Source: the human T2T-CHM13v2.0 reference genome, Homo sapiens
Reading direction: 5' to 3' (one strand)
Assembly (NCBI RefSeq): GCF_009914755.1
Contig: NC_060933.1
DNA: 64,000 nucleotides
Positions within the stretch are counted from its first letter, which is position 1. Every line of letters begins with the position of its first letter. Positions 13,771-27,100 of this stretch are shown in pieces. Both the position numbers and the translations under genes were made by a program. The notes under the pieces were generated by a model. The model was not told where the DNA came from and searched no databases. It saw only the letters and a program-made list of their open reading frames with translations.

Positions 13771-16700
13771 ATTCGAATTGATTCTATTCAATTCCCTTAC
13801 ACTCCATTACATTTCATTCCATTCGGGTAGTTTCCATTCCACTCCATTCCATTCCTCTCCATTCCATTGCACTCGGGTTGATTCCATTCCATTCCATTCC
13901 ATTCCATTACATTACATTCCATTCCATTCCATTCCGTTCCATTGTACTCGGGTTGATTCCATTCCATTGCATTCCATTCCATTCCATTCCATTCCTTTCC
14001 ATTCCATTCCATTACATTCGGATTGATTCTATTCAACTCCCTTACTCTCCATTACATTCCATTCCATTCGGGTTGTTCCATTCCATTCCATTCCATTCCA
14101 TTCCACTCCATTCCATTGCGCTCGGGTTGATTCCATTCCATTCCATTCCATTCCATTCCATTCCATTGCATTCCATTCCATTCCGGATGATTCCATTCCA
14201 TTGCATTCCGTTCCATTACATTCCCCTGCACTGGGGTTGATTCCATTCCATTACATTCCATTCCATTCGATACCATTCCATTCCAATTCTTTCCATTCCA
14301 TTCTATTCCTTACCATTCCATTCCATTCCATACAATTCCATTCCATTCCATTCCACTCCGTTCCGTTCCGTTCCGTTCTGTTCCGTTCCATTCCATTCCA
14401 TTCCATTCTATTCGGTTTAATTCCATTCCATTCCATTCCATTCCATTCTATTCTATTCCATTCCATTGCAATCGAGTTGAATCCATTGCATTCCATTCCA
14501 TTCCATTCCATTCCATTCCATTCCGGAAGATTCCATTCCATTGCCTTCCATTCCATTCCATTCCTTTCCATTCCATTCCATTCCATTCCATTCCATTGTA
14601 CTCGGGTTGATTCCATTCCATTGCATTCCATTCCAATCCATTCCATTCCATTCCATTCCGTTCCATTCCATTCCATTCCATTCGGATTGATTCTTTTCAA
14701 CTCCCTTACTCTCCATTACATTCCATTCCATTCGGGTTGTTCCATTCCATTCCATTCCATTCCACTCCATTCCATTGCACTCTGGTTGATTCCATTCCAT
14801 TCCATTCCATTCCATTCCGGATGATTCCATTCCATTGCATTCCGTTCCATTACATTCCCCTGCACTCGGGTTGATTCCATTCCATTCCATTCCATTCCAT
14901 TCCATTCCATTCCATTCCTTTCCGTTCCATTCCATTCCATTCCATTCCATTCCAATCCGTTCCGTTCCGTTCCGTTCCGTTCCATTCCATTCCATTCCAT
15001 TCTATTCGGGTTAATTCCATTCCATTCCATTCGATTGCAATCGAGTTGATTCCATTCCATTCCATTCCATTCCATTCCATTCCATTCCATTCCTTTCCAT
15101 TCCATTACGGATGATTCCATTCCATTGCATTCCATTCCATTCCATTCCCCTGTACTCGGGTTGATTCCATTCCATTCCATTCCAATCCATGCCTTTCCAC
15201 TCGTGTTGATTGCATTCTTTCCATTCCATTCAAGTTGAATCCATTCCATTGCATTCCATTCCATTCCATTCCCCTGCATTCGGGTTGATTCCATTCCATT
15301 CCATTCCATTCCATTCCATTCCATTCCATTCCGTTCCGTTCCGTTCCATTCCATTCCATTCCATTCTATTCGGGTTCATTCCATTCCATTCCATTCCATT
15401 CCATTCCATTCGATTCCAATCGAGTTGATTCCATTCCACTCCATTCCATTCCATTCCATTCCACTCCATTCCAGTCCTTTCCATTCCATTCCACTCGGAT
15501 TGATTCCAATGTATTCCTTTCCATTCCATTCCATTCCATTGCAATCGAGTTGACTCCATTGCTTTGGATTCCATTCCATTCCATTCCATTCCGGATGATT
15601 CCATTCCATTGCATTCCATTCCATTCCATTGTATTCGGGTTAATTCCATTCCATTCCATTCCATTGCATTCCATTCCATTCCATTCCAATCGAGTTGATT
15701 CCATTCCATTCCATTCCATTCCAGTCCTTTCCATTCCATTCAACTAGTGTTGATTCCATTCTATTAGTTTCCATTCCATTCCATTCCCTTCCATTCCACT
15801 CTGGTTGATTCCATTCCTTTCCATTCCACTCGAAAACATTCCCTCCTATCCCACTCGGAACGATTCCATTCCATTCCATTCCATTCCATTCCATTCCATT
15901 CCATTCCATTCCATTTCGTTCCATTCCATTCTATTCCGTATCATTCCATTCCATTCCATTCCATTCCATTAAATTCCATTCCATTCCATTCCATTCCATT
16001 CCATTGTACTCGGGTTGATTCCATTCCATTGCATTCCATTCCATTCCATTCCATTCCATTCCGTTGCATTCCATTCCATTACATTCGGATTGATTCTATT
16101 CAACTCCCTTACTCTCCATTACATTCCATTCCATTCGGGTTGTTCCATTCCATTCCATTCCATTCCACTCCATTCCATTGCACTCGGGTTGATTCCATTC
16201 CATTCCATTCCATTCCATTCCATTCCGGATGATTCCATTCCATTGCATTCCGTTCCATTACATTCCCCTGCACTCGCGTTGATTCCATTCCATTCCATTC
16301 CATTCCATTCAATTCCATTCCATTACAATTCGTCCCATTCCATTCTATTCCGTACCATTCCATTCCATTCCGTACCATTCCGTTCCATTCCATTTCATTC
16401 CATTCTATTCGGATTAATTCCATTCCATTCCATTCCATTCCATTCCATTCTATTCCATTCCTTTGCAATCGAGTTGAATCCATTGCATTTCATTCCATTC
16501 CATTCCATTCCATTCCATTCCGGAAGATTCCATTCCATTGCATTCCATTCCATTCCATTCCCCTGCACTCGCGTTGATTCCATTCCATTCCATTCCATTC
16601 CATTCCATTCCATTCCGTTCCGTTGCATTCCATTCCATTCCATTCCATTCCATTCCGTTCCGTTCCATTCCATTCCATACCATTCTATTCGGGTTAATTC

Positions 16701-19022
16701 CATTCCATTCCATTCGATTGCAATCGAGTTGATTCCATTCCATTCCATTCCATTCCATTCCATTCCTTTCCATTCCATTACGGATGATTCCATTCCATTG
16801 CATTCCATTCCATTCCATTCCCCTGTACTCGGGTTGATTCCATTCCATTCCATTCCAATCCATGCCATTCCACTCGTGTTGATTCCATTCTTTCCATTCC
16901 ATTCAAGTTGAATCCATTCCATTGCAATCCGTTCCATTGGATTCCATTCGATTGCACTCGGGTTGATTCCATTCCATTGCATTCCATTCCATTCCATTCC
17001 ATTCCATTCCATTCCATTCCATTCCGTTCCGTTCCATTCCATTCCATTACATTCGGATTGATTCTATTCAATTCCCTTACACTCCATTACATTCCATTCC
17101 ATTCGGGTAGTTTCCATTCCATTGCATTCCATTCCTCTCCATTCCATTGCACTTGGGTTGATTCCATTCCATTGCATTCCATTCCATTCCATTCCATTCT
17201 ATTCCATTCCATTCCGTTCCTTTCCGTTCCATTCCATTCTATTCCATTCTATTCGAGTTAATTCCATTCCATTCCATTCCATTCCATTCCATTCTATTCC
17301 ATTCCATTGCAATCGAGTTGAATCCATTGCATTTCATTCCATTCCATTCCATTCCATTCCATTCCGGAAGATTCCATTCCATTGCATTCCATTCCATTCC
17401 ATTCTCCTGCACTCGCGTTGATTCCATTCCATTCCATTCCATTCCATTCCATTCCATTCGGTTCCGTTCCATTCCATTCCATTCCATTCCATTCCGTTCC
17501 GTTCCATTCCTTTCCATTCCATTCTATTCGTGTTAATTCCATTCCATTCCATTCGATTGCAATCAAGTTGATTCCATTCCATTCCATTCCATTCCATTCC
17601 ATTCCATTCCATTCCTTTCCATTCCATTACGGATGATTCCATTCCATTGCATTCCATTCCATTCCATTCCCCTGTATTCGGGTTGATTCCATTCCATTCC
17701 ATTCCAATCCATGCCATTCCACTGGAGTTGATTCCATTCTTTCCATTCCATTCAAGTTGAATCCATCCCATTGCATTCCATTCCATTCGATTCCATTCGA
17801 TTGCACTCGGGTTGATTCCATTCCATTGCATTTCATTCCATTCCATTGCATTCCATTCCGTTCCATTCCATTTCTTTACATTCAGATTGATTCTATTCAA
17901 TTCCCTTACACTCCATTATATTCCAATCCATTCTGATTGTTTCCATTCCATTCCATTCCATTTCACTCCATTCCATTGCACTCGGGTTGATTCCATTCCA
18001 TTCCATTCCATTGCATTCCATTCCATTCCATTCCGGATGATTCCATTCCATTGCATTCCTTTCCATTCCATTCCCCTGCAATCGGGTTGATTCCATTCCA
18101 TTCCATTCCATTACATTCCGTTCCATTCCATTCCATTCCATTCGGATTGATTGTATTCAATTCCCTTACACTCCATTACATTCCATTCTATTCGGGTAGT
18201 TTCCATTCCATTCCATTTCATTCCTCTCCATTCCATTGTACTCGGGTTGATTCCATCCCATTCCATTCCATTCCATTCCATTCCATTACATTACATTGCA
18301 TTCCTTTCCTTTCCATTGTACTCGGTTTGATTCCATTCCATTGCATTCCATTCCATTCCATTCCATTCCATTCCATTCCATTCCATTCCATTACATTCGG
18401 ATTGATTCTATTCAACTCCCTAACTCTCCATTACATTCCATTCCATTCGGGTTGTTCCATTCCATTCCATTCCATTCCACTCCATTCCATTGCACTCGGG
18501 TTGATTCCATTCCATTCCATTCAATTCAATTCCATTCCATTCCATTCCGGATGATTCCATTCCATTGCATTCCGTTCCATTACATTCCCCTGCACTCGGG
18601 TTGATTCCATTCCATTCCATTCGATTCCATTCCATTCGAATTCTTTCCTTTCCATTCTATTCCATAGCATTCCATTCCATTCCATACAATTCCACTCCAT
18701 TCCCTTCCACTCCGTACCGTTCCGTTCCGTTCCGTTCCATTCCATTCCATTCCATTCTATTCGGTTTAATTCCATTCCATTCCATTCCATTCCATTCTAT
18801 TCCATTCCATTGCAATCGAGTTGAATCCATTGCATTCCATTCCATTCCATTCCATTCCATTCCATTCCATTCCATTCCGGAATATTCCATTCCATTGCAT
18901 TCCATTCCATTCCATTCCATTCCATTCCATTCCATTCCATTCCATTCCATTGTACTCAGGTTGATTCCATTCCATTGCATTCCATTCCATTCCATTCCAT
19001 TCCATTCCGTTCCATTCCATTC

Positions 19023-22000
19023 CATTACATTCGGATTGATTCTTTTCAACTCCCTTACTCTCCTTTACATTCCATTCCATTCGGGTTGTTCCATTCCATT
19101 CCATTCCATTCCACTCCATTCCGTTGCACTCAGGTTGATTCCATTCCATTCCATTCCATTCTATTCCATTCCATTCCATTCCGAAAGATTCCATTCCATT
19201 GCATTCCATTCCATTCCATTCCCCTGCACTCACGTTGATTCCATTCCATTCCATTCTATTCCATTCCATTCCCTTCCTTTCCGTCCCATTCCATTCCATT
19301 CCATTACATTCCCCTGTACTCGGGTTGATTCCATTCCATTCCATTCCAATCTATGCCATTCCACTCGTGTTGATTCCATTCTTTCCATTCCATTCAAGTT
19401 GAATCCATTCCATTGCATTCCATTCCATTCGATTCCATTCGATTGCACTCGGGTTGATTCCATGGCATTGCATTCCATTCCATTCCATTCCATTCCATTC
19501 CATTCCTTTCCATTCCATTCCATTCGGATTCATTCTATTCAATTCCCTTACACTCCATTACATTCCATTCGATTCGTGTAGTTTCCATTCCATTCCATTC
19601 CATTCCCCTCCATTCCATTGCACTCGGGTTGATTCCATTCCATTCCATTCCATTCCATTCCATTCCATTCCATTCCATTCCGGATGATTCCATTCCACTG
19701 AATTCCATTCCATTCCATTCCCCTGCACTTGGGTTGATTCCATTCCATTCCATTCCATTCCTTTCTGTTCCATTCAATTCCATTCCATTCCATTCTATTC
19801 GTGTTAATTCCATTCCATTCTATTCCATTCCATTCCATTGAAATCGAGTTGATTCCATTCCATTCCATTCCATTCCATTCCATTCCATTCCATTCCATTC
19901 CGGGTGATTCCATTCCATTGCATTCCATTCCATTCCATTCCCCTGCACTCGGGTTGATTCCATTCCATTCCATTCCATTACATTACATTCCATTCCGTTC
20001 CATTTCATTCTATTCGGGTTAATTCCATTCCATTCCATTCCACTCCATTCCAGTCCTTTCCATTCCATTCCACTCGGGTTGATTCCATTCTATTCCTTTC
20101 AATTCCATTCCATTCCATTGCAATCGAGTTGATTCCATTCGAGTTGAATCCATTCCATTCCATTCCATTCCATTCCATTCCATTGCACACGGGTTCGTTC
20201 CATTCCATTCCATTCCATTCCATTCCATCCCATTCCATTCCATTCCATTCCATTCCATGCCATTACACTCGGGTTGATTCCATTCCTTTCCATTCCATTC
20301 TTGTTGAATCCATTCCATTCCATTCCATTCCATTCGAATCCGTTCCATTGCACTCGGGTTGATTCCATTTCATTCCATTCCATTCCATTACATTCGGATT
20401 GATTCTATTCAATTCCCTTACACTCCATTACATTACATTCCATTCCATTCGGGATGTTACCATTCCATTCCATTCCATTCCACTCCATTCCACTGCATCA
20501 GGTTGATTGCATTCCATTCCATTCCATTCCATTCCGGATGATTCCATTCCATTGCATTCCATTCCATTCCATTCCCCTGCACTCGGGTTGATTCCATTCC
20601 ATTCCATTCCATTCCATTCCATTCCATTCCATTCCGTTCCATTCCATTCCATTCCATTCCATTCTATTCCGGTTAATTCCATTCCATTCCATTCGATTCC
20701 ATTCCATTCCATTCCATTCCATTGCAATCGAGTTGATTCCATTCGAGTTGAATCCATTCCATTCCATTCCATTCCATTCCATTGCACACGGGTTCATTCC
20801 ATTCCATTCCATTCCATTCCATTCCATTCCATTCCATTTCGTTCCATTCCATTCTATTCCGTATCATTCCATTCCATTCCATTCCTTTCCGTTCCATTCC
20901 ATTCCATTCCATTCCCTTCCATTCCATTCCGTTCCGTTCCTTTCCATTCCATTACATTCGGATTGATTCTTTTCAACTCCCTTACTCTCCTTTACATTCC
21001 ATTCCATTCGGGTTCTTCCATTCCATTCCATTCCATTCCACTCCATTCCATTGCACTCAGGTTGATTCCATTCCATTCCATTCCATTCTATTCCATTCCA
21101 TTCCATTCCGAAAGATTCCATTCCATTGCATTCCATTCCATTCCATTCCCCTGCACTCACGTTGATTCCATTCCATTCCATTCTATTCCATTCCATTCCC
21201 TTCCTTTCCGTCCCATTCCATTCCATTCCATTACATTCCCCTGTACTCGGGTTGATTCCATTCCATTCCATTCCAATCCATGCCATTCCACTCGTGTTGA
21301 TTCCTTTCTTTCCATTCCATTCAAGTTGAATCCATTCCATTGCATTCCATTCCATTCGATTCCATTCGATTGCACTCGGGTTGATTCCATGGCATTGCAT
21401 TCCATTCCATTCCATTCCATTCCATTCCATTCCCTTCCATTCCATTCCATTCGGATTCATTCTATTCAATTCCCTTACACTCCATTACATTCCATTCGAT
21501 TCGTGTAGTTTCCATTCAATTCCATTCCATTCCTCTCCATTCCATTGCACTCGGGTTGATTCCATTCCATTCCATTCCATTCCATTCCATTCCATTCCAT
21601 TCCGGATGATTCCATTCCATTGAATTCCATTCCATTCCATTCCCCTGCACTTGGGTTGATTCCATTCCATTCCATTCCATTCCTTTCTGTTCCATTCAAT
21701 TCCATTCCATTCCATTCTATTCGTGTTAATTCCATTCCATTCTATTCCATTCCATTCCATTGAAATCGAGTTGATTCCATTCCATTCCATTCCATTCCAT
21801 TCCATTCCATTCCATTCCATTCCGGATGATTCCATTCCATTGCATTCCATTCCATTCCATTCCCCTGCACTCGGGTTGATTCCATTCCATTCCATTCCAT
21901 TACATTCCATTGCATTCCGTTCCATTTCATTCTATTCGGGTTAATTCCATTCCATTCCATTCCACTCCATTCCAGTCCTTTCCATTCCATTCCACTCGGG

Positions 22001-22950
22001 TTGATTCCATTCTATTCCTTTCAATTCCATTCCATTCCATTGCAATCGAGTTGATTCCATTCGAGTTGAATCCATTCCATTCCATTCCATTCCATTCCAT
22101 TCCATTGCACACGGGTTCATTCCATTCCATTCCATTCCATTCCATTCCATTCCATTCCATTCCATTTCATTACATTCCATTCTATTCCGTACCATTCCAT
22201 TCCATCCCATTCCATTCCATTCCATTCCATTCCATGCCATTACACTCGGGTTGATTCCATTCCTTTCCATTCCATTCTTGTTGAATCCATTCCATTCCAT
22301 TCCATTCCATTCGAATCCATTCCATTGCACTCGGGTTGATTCCATTCCATTCCATTTCATTCCATTCCATTCCATTACATTCGGATTGATTCTATTCAAT
22401 TCCCTTACACTCCATTACATTACATTCCATTCCATTCGGGATGTTACCATTCCATTCCATTCCATTCCACTCCATTCCACTGCATCAGGTTGATTGCATT
22501 CCATTCCATTCCATTCCATTCCGGATGATTCCATTCCATTGCATTCCATTCCATTCCATTCCCCTGCACTCGGGTTGATTCCATTCCATTCCATTCCATT
22601 CCATTCCATTCCATTCCATTCCATTCCGTTCCATTCCATTCCATTCCATTCCATTCTATTCCGGTTAATTCCATTCCATTCCATTCGATTCCATTCCATT
22701 CCATTCCATTCCATTCCATTGCAATCCAGTTGATTCCATTCGAGTTGAATCCATTCCATTCCATTCCATTCCATTCCATTGCACACGGGTTCATTCCATT
22801 CCATTCCATTCCATTCCATTCCATTCCATTCCATTTCGTTCCATTCCATTCTATTCCGTATCATTCCATTCCATTCCATTCCATTCCATTCCATTCCATT
22901 CCATTCCATTCCTTTCCGTTCCATTCCATTCCATTCCATTCCATTCCATT
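19023..22950 (+). repeat. ~1.93-2.0 kb tandem duplication (2 moderately diverged copies; junction near 20950)
   Basis: Private words occur twice: CTCCTTTACATT, CACTCACGTTG, CCATGGCATTG, CGATTCGTGTAGTTT, GAAATCGAG, GGGATGTTACC. Near-identical ORF pairs are 19199/21126 (offset 1927), 19801/21723 (1922) and 20507/22494 (1987, after a segment missing from copy 1 near 20220). Confidence 0.88.
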
Positions 22951-23360
22951 CCGTTCCGTTCCGTTCCGTTCCATTCCATTCCATTCCATTCTATTCGGGT
23001 TAATTCCAATCCATTCCATTCGATTGCAATCGAGTTGATTCCATTCCATTCCATTCCATTCCATTCCATTCCATTCCAATCCAGTTGATTCCATTCCATT
23101 CCATTCCATTCGGTTTGAAGGTATTCCAATCCATTCCATTCCATTCCATTCCTTTCCATTCCATTCCATTGTACTCTGGTTGATTCCATTCCATTGCATT
23201 CCATTCCATTCCATTCCATTCCATTGCACACGGGTTCATTCCATTCCATTCCATTCCATTCCATTCCATTCCATTCCATTCCATTTCGTTCCATTCCATT
23301 CTATTCCGTATCATTCCATTCCATTCCATTCCATTCCATTCCATTCCATTCCATTCCATT

Positions 23361-23395
23361 CCGTTCCGTTCCGTTCCGTTCCGTTCCGTTCCGTT
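23361..23395 (+). repeat. (CCGTT)7 run, the longest CpG-bearing variant-pentamer tract noticed
   Basis: Read directly from the sequence: seven consecutive CCGTT units. Shorter runs of 2-5 units recur throughout the window. Confidence 0.85.
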
Positions 23396-26300
23396 CCATT
23401 CCATTCCATTCCATTCTATTCGGGTTAATTCCAATCCATTCCATTCCATTGCACTCGGGTTGATTCCATTCCATTCCATTCCATTCCATTCCATTCCGGA
23501 TGATTCCATTCCATTTCATTCCCCTGCACTCGCGTTGATTCCATTCCATTCCATTCCATTCCATTCCGTTCCGTTCCGTTCCATTCCATTCCATTCCATT
23601 CCATTCCATTCCGTTCTGTTCCATTCCATTCCATTCCATTCTATTCGGGATAATTCCATTCCATTCCATTCGATTGCAGTCGTGTTGATTCCATTCCATT
23701 CCATTCCATTCCATTCCATTCCATTCCATTCCTTTCCATTCCATTACGGATGATTCCATTCCATTGCATTCCATTCCATTCCATTCCCCTGTACTCGGGT
23801 TGATTGCATTCCATTGCATTCCAATCCATGCCCTTCCACTCGTGTTGATTCCATTCTTTCCATTCCATTCAGGTTGAATCCATTCCATTGCATTCCATTC
23901 CATTCGATTCCATTCGATTGCACTCGGGTTGATTCCATTCCACTGCATTCCATTCCACTCCATTCCATTGCACTCGGGTTTATTCCATTCCATTCCATTC
24001 CATTCCATTCAAATCCATTCCATTCCGGAAGATTCCATTCCATTGCATTCCATTCCATTCCATTCCTCTGCACTCGCGTTGATTCCATTCCATTCCATTC
24101 CATTCCGTTCCATTCCATTCCATTCCATTCCTTTCCGTTCCATTCCATTCCATTCCATTCCATTCCATTCCGTTCCGTTCCGTTCCGTTCCATTAAATTC
24201 CATTCCATTCTATTCGGGTTAATTCCATTCTATTCCATTCCATTCCATTCCATTCCAGTCGAGTTGATTCCATTCCATTCCATTCCATTCCATTCCACTC
24301 CATTCCAGTCCTTTCCATTCCATTCCACTCGGGTTGATTCCAATGTATTCCTTTCCATTCCATTCCATTCCTTTCCATTCCACTCGAATACATTCCCTCC
24401 TATTCCACTCGGAACGATTCCATTCCATTCCATTCCATTCCATTCCATTCCATTCCATTCCACTCGTGTTGATTCCATTCCTTTCCATTCCATTCGGTTT
24501 GAAGGCATTCCATTCCATTCCATTCCATTCCATTCCATTCCATTCCATTCCATTGTACTCGGGTTGATTGCATTCCATTGCATTCCATTTCATTCCATTC
24601 AATTCCATTCCGTTGCATTCCATTCCATTACATTCGGATTGATTCCATTCAACTCCCTTACTCTGCATTACATTACATTCCATTCGGGTTGTTCCATTAC
24701 ATTCCATTCCAATCCATTCCATTGCACTCGGGTTGATTCCATTCCATTCCATTCCATTCCATTCCATTCCATTCCATTCCGGATGATTCCATTCCATTGC
24801 ATTCCGTTCCATTACATTCCCCTGCACTCGCGATGATTACATTCCATTCCATTCAATTCCATTCCATTACAATTCTTTACATTCCATTCTATTCCGTACC
24901 ATTCCATTCCATTCCATACCATTCCATTCCATTCCATTCCATTCCATTCCATTCCATTCCATTCCGTTCCATTCAGTTCCATTGCATTCCATTCCATTCT
25001 ATTCGGGTTAATTCCATTCCATTCCATTCAATTCCATTCTATTCCATTCCATTGCAATCGAGTTGAATCCATTGCATTTCATTCCATTCCATTCCATTCC
25101 ATTCCATTCCATTCCATTCCATTCCGGAAGATTCCATTCCATTGCATTCCATTCCATTCCATTCCCCTGCACTCGCGTTGATTCCTTTCCATTCCATTCC
25201 ATTCCATTCCGTTCCGTTCCATTCCATTCCATTCCATTCCATTCCATTCCGTTCCTTTCCATTCCATTCCATTCCATTCTATTCGGGTTAATTCCATTCC
25301 ATTCCATTCGATTGCAATCGTGTTGAATCCATTCCATTGCATTCCATTCCATTCGATTCCATTCGATTGCACTCGGGTTGATTCCATTCCATTGCATTCC
25401 ATTCCATTCCATTCCATTCCATTCCATTCCATTCCATTCAGTTCCATTCCTTTCCATTACATTCGGATTGATTGTATTCAATTCCCTTACACTCCATTAC
25501 ATTCCATTCCATTCGGGTAGTTTCCACTCCATTCCATTCCATTCCTCTCCATTCCATTGCACTCGGGTTGATTCCATTCCATTGCATTCCATTCCATTCC
25601 ATTCAATTCCATTCCGTTCCATTCCATTCCATTACATTCGGATTGATTCTATTCAACTCCCTTACTCTCCATTACATTCGATTCCATTCGGGTTGTTCCA
25701 TTCCATTCCATTCCATTCCACTCCATTCCATTGCACTCGGGTTGATTCCATTCCATTCCATCCCATTCCATTCCGGAAGATTCCATTCCATTGCATTCCA
25801 TTACATTCCATTCGCCTGCACTCGCGTTGATTCCATTCCATTCCATTCCATTGCATTCCATTCCATTCCATTCCATTCCATTCCGTTGCATTCCATTCCA
25901 TTACATTCGGATTGATTCTATTCAACTCCCTTACTCTCCATTACATTCCATTCCATTCGGGTTGTTCCATTCCATTCCATTCCATTCCACTCCATTCCAT
26001 TGCACTCGGGTTGATTCCATTCCATTCCATTCCATTCCATTCCATTCCGGATGATTCCATTCCATTGCATTCCGTTCCATTACATTCCCCTGCACTCGCG
26101 TTGATTCCATTCCATTCCATTCCATTCCATTCTATTCCGTACCATTCCATTCCATTCCATACCATTCCATTCCATTCCATTCCATTCCATTCCATTCCAT
26201 TCCGTTCTATTCCATTCCATTCCATTCTATTCGGATTAATTCCATTCTATTCCATTCCATTCCATTCTATTACATTCCATTGCAATCGAGTTGAATCCAT

Positions 26301-27100
26301 TGCATTTCATTCCATTCCTTTCCATTCCATTCCATTCCGAAAGATTCCATTCCATTGCATTCCATTCCATTCCATTCCCCTGCACTCGCGTTGATTCCAT
26401 TCCATTCCATTCCATTCCATTCCATTCCGTTCCGTTCCATTCCATTCCATTCCATTGCATTCCGTTCCGTTCCATTCCATTCCATTCCATTCTATTCGGG
26501 TTAATTCCATTCCATTCCATTCGATTGCAATCGAGTTGATTCCATTCCATTCCATTCCATTCGATTCCATTCCATTCTATTCCTTTCCATTCCATTACGG
26601 ATGATTCCATTCCATTGCATTCCATTCCATTCCATTCCCCTTTACTCGGGTTGATTCCATTCCATTCCATTCCAATCCATGCCATTCCACTCGCGTTGAT
26701 TCCATTCTTTCCATTCCATTCAAGTTGATTCCATTACACTGCATTCCATTCCATTCGATTCCTTTCGATTTCACTCGGGTTGATTCCATTCCATTGCATT
26801 CCATTCCATTCAATTCCATTCCATTCCATTCTATTCGTGTTAATTCCATTCCATTCTATTCCATTCCATTCCATTGAAATCGAGTTGATTCCATTCCATT
26901 CCATTCCATTCCATTCCATTCCATTCCGGATGATTCCATTCCATTGCATTTCATTCCATTCCATTCCATTCCCCTGCACTCGGGTTGATTCCATTCCATT
27001 CCATTCCATTACATTCCATTCCATTCCGTTCCATTTCATTCTATTCGGGTTAATTCCATTCCATTCCGTTCCACTCCATTCCAGTCCTTTCCATTCCATT

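Noticed and set aside
23110-23126. Purine-rich word CGGTTTGAAGG(T/C)ATT as a possible foreign insertion or splice/regulatory signal
   Set aside because: It keeps the pentamer phase and recurs only within duplicated blocks (~24495, 28190, 30642, 33094, 34483, 45614, 51449, 57289), so it is best read as a diverged satellite word.
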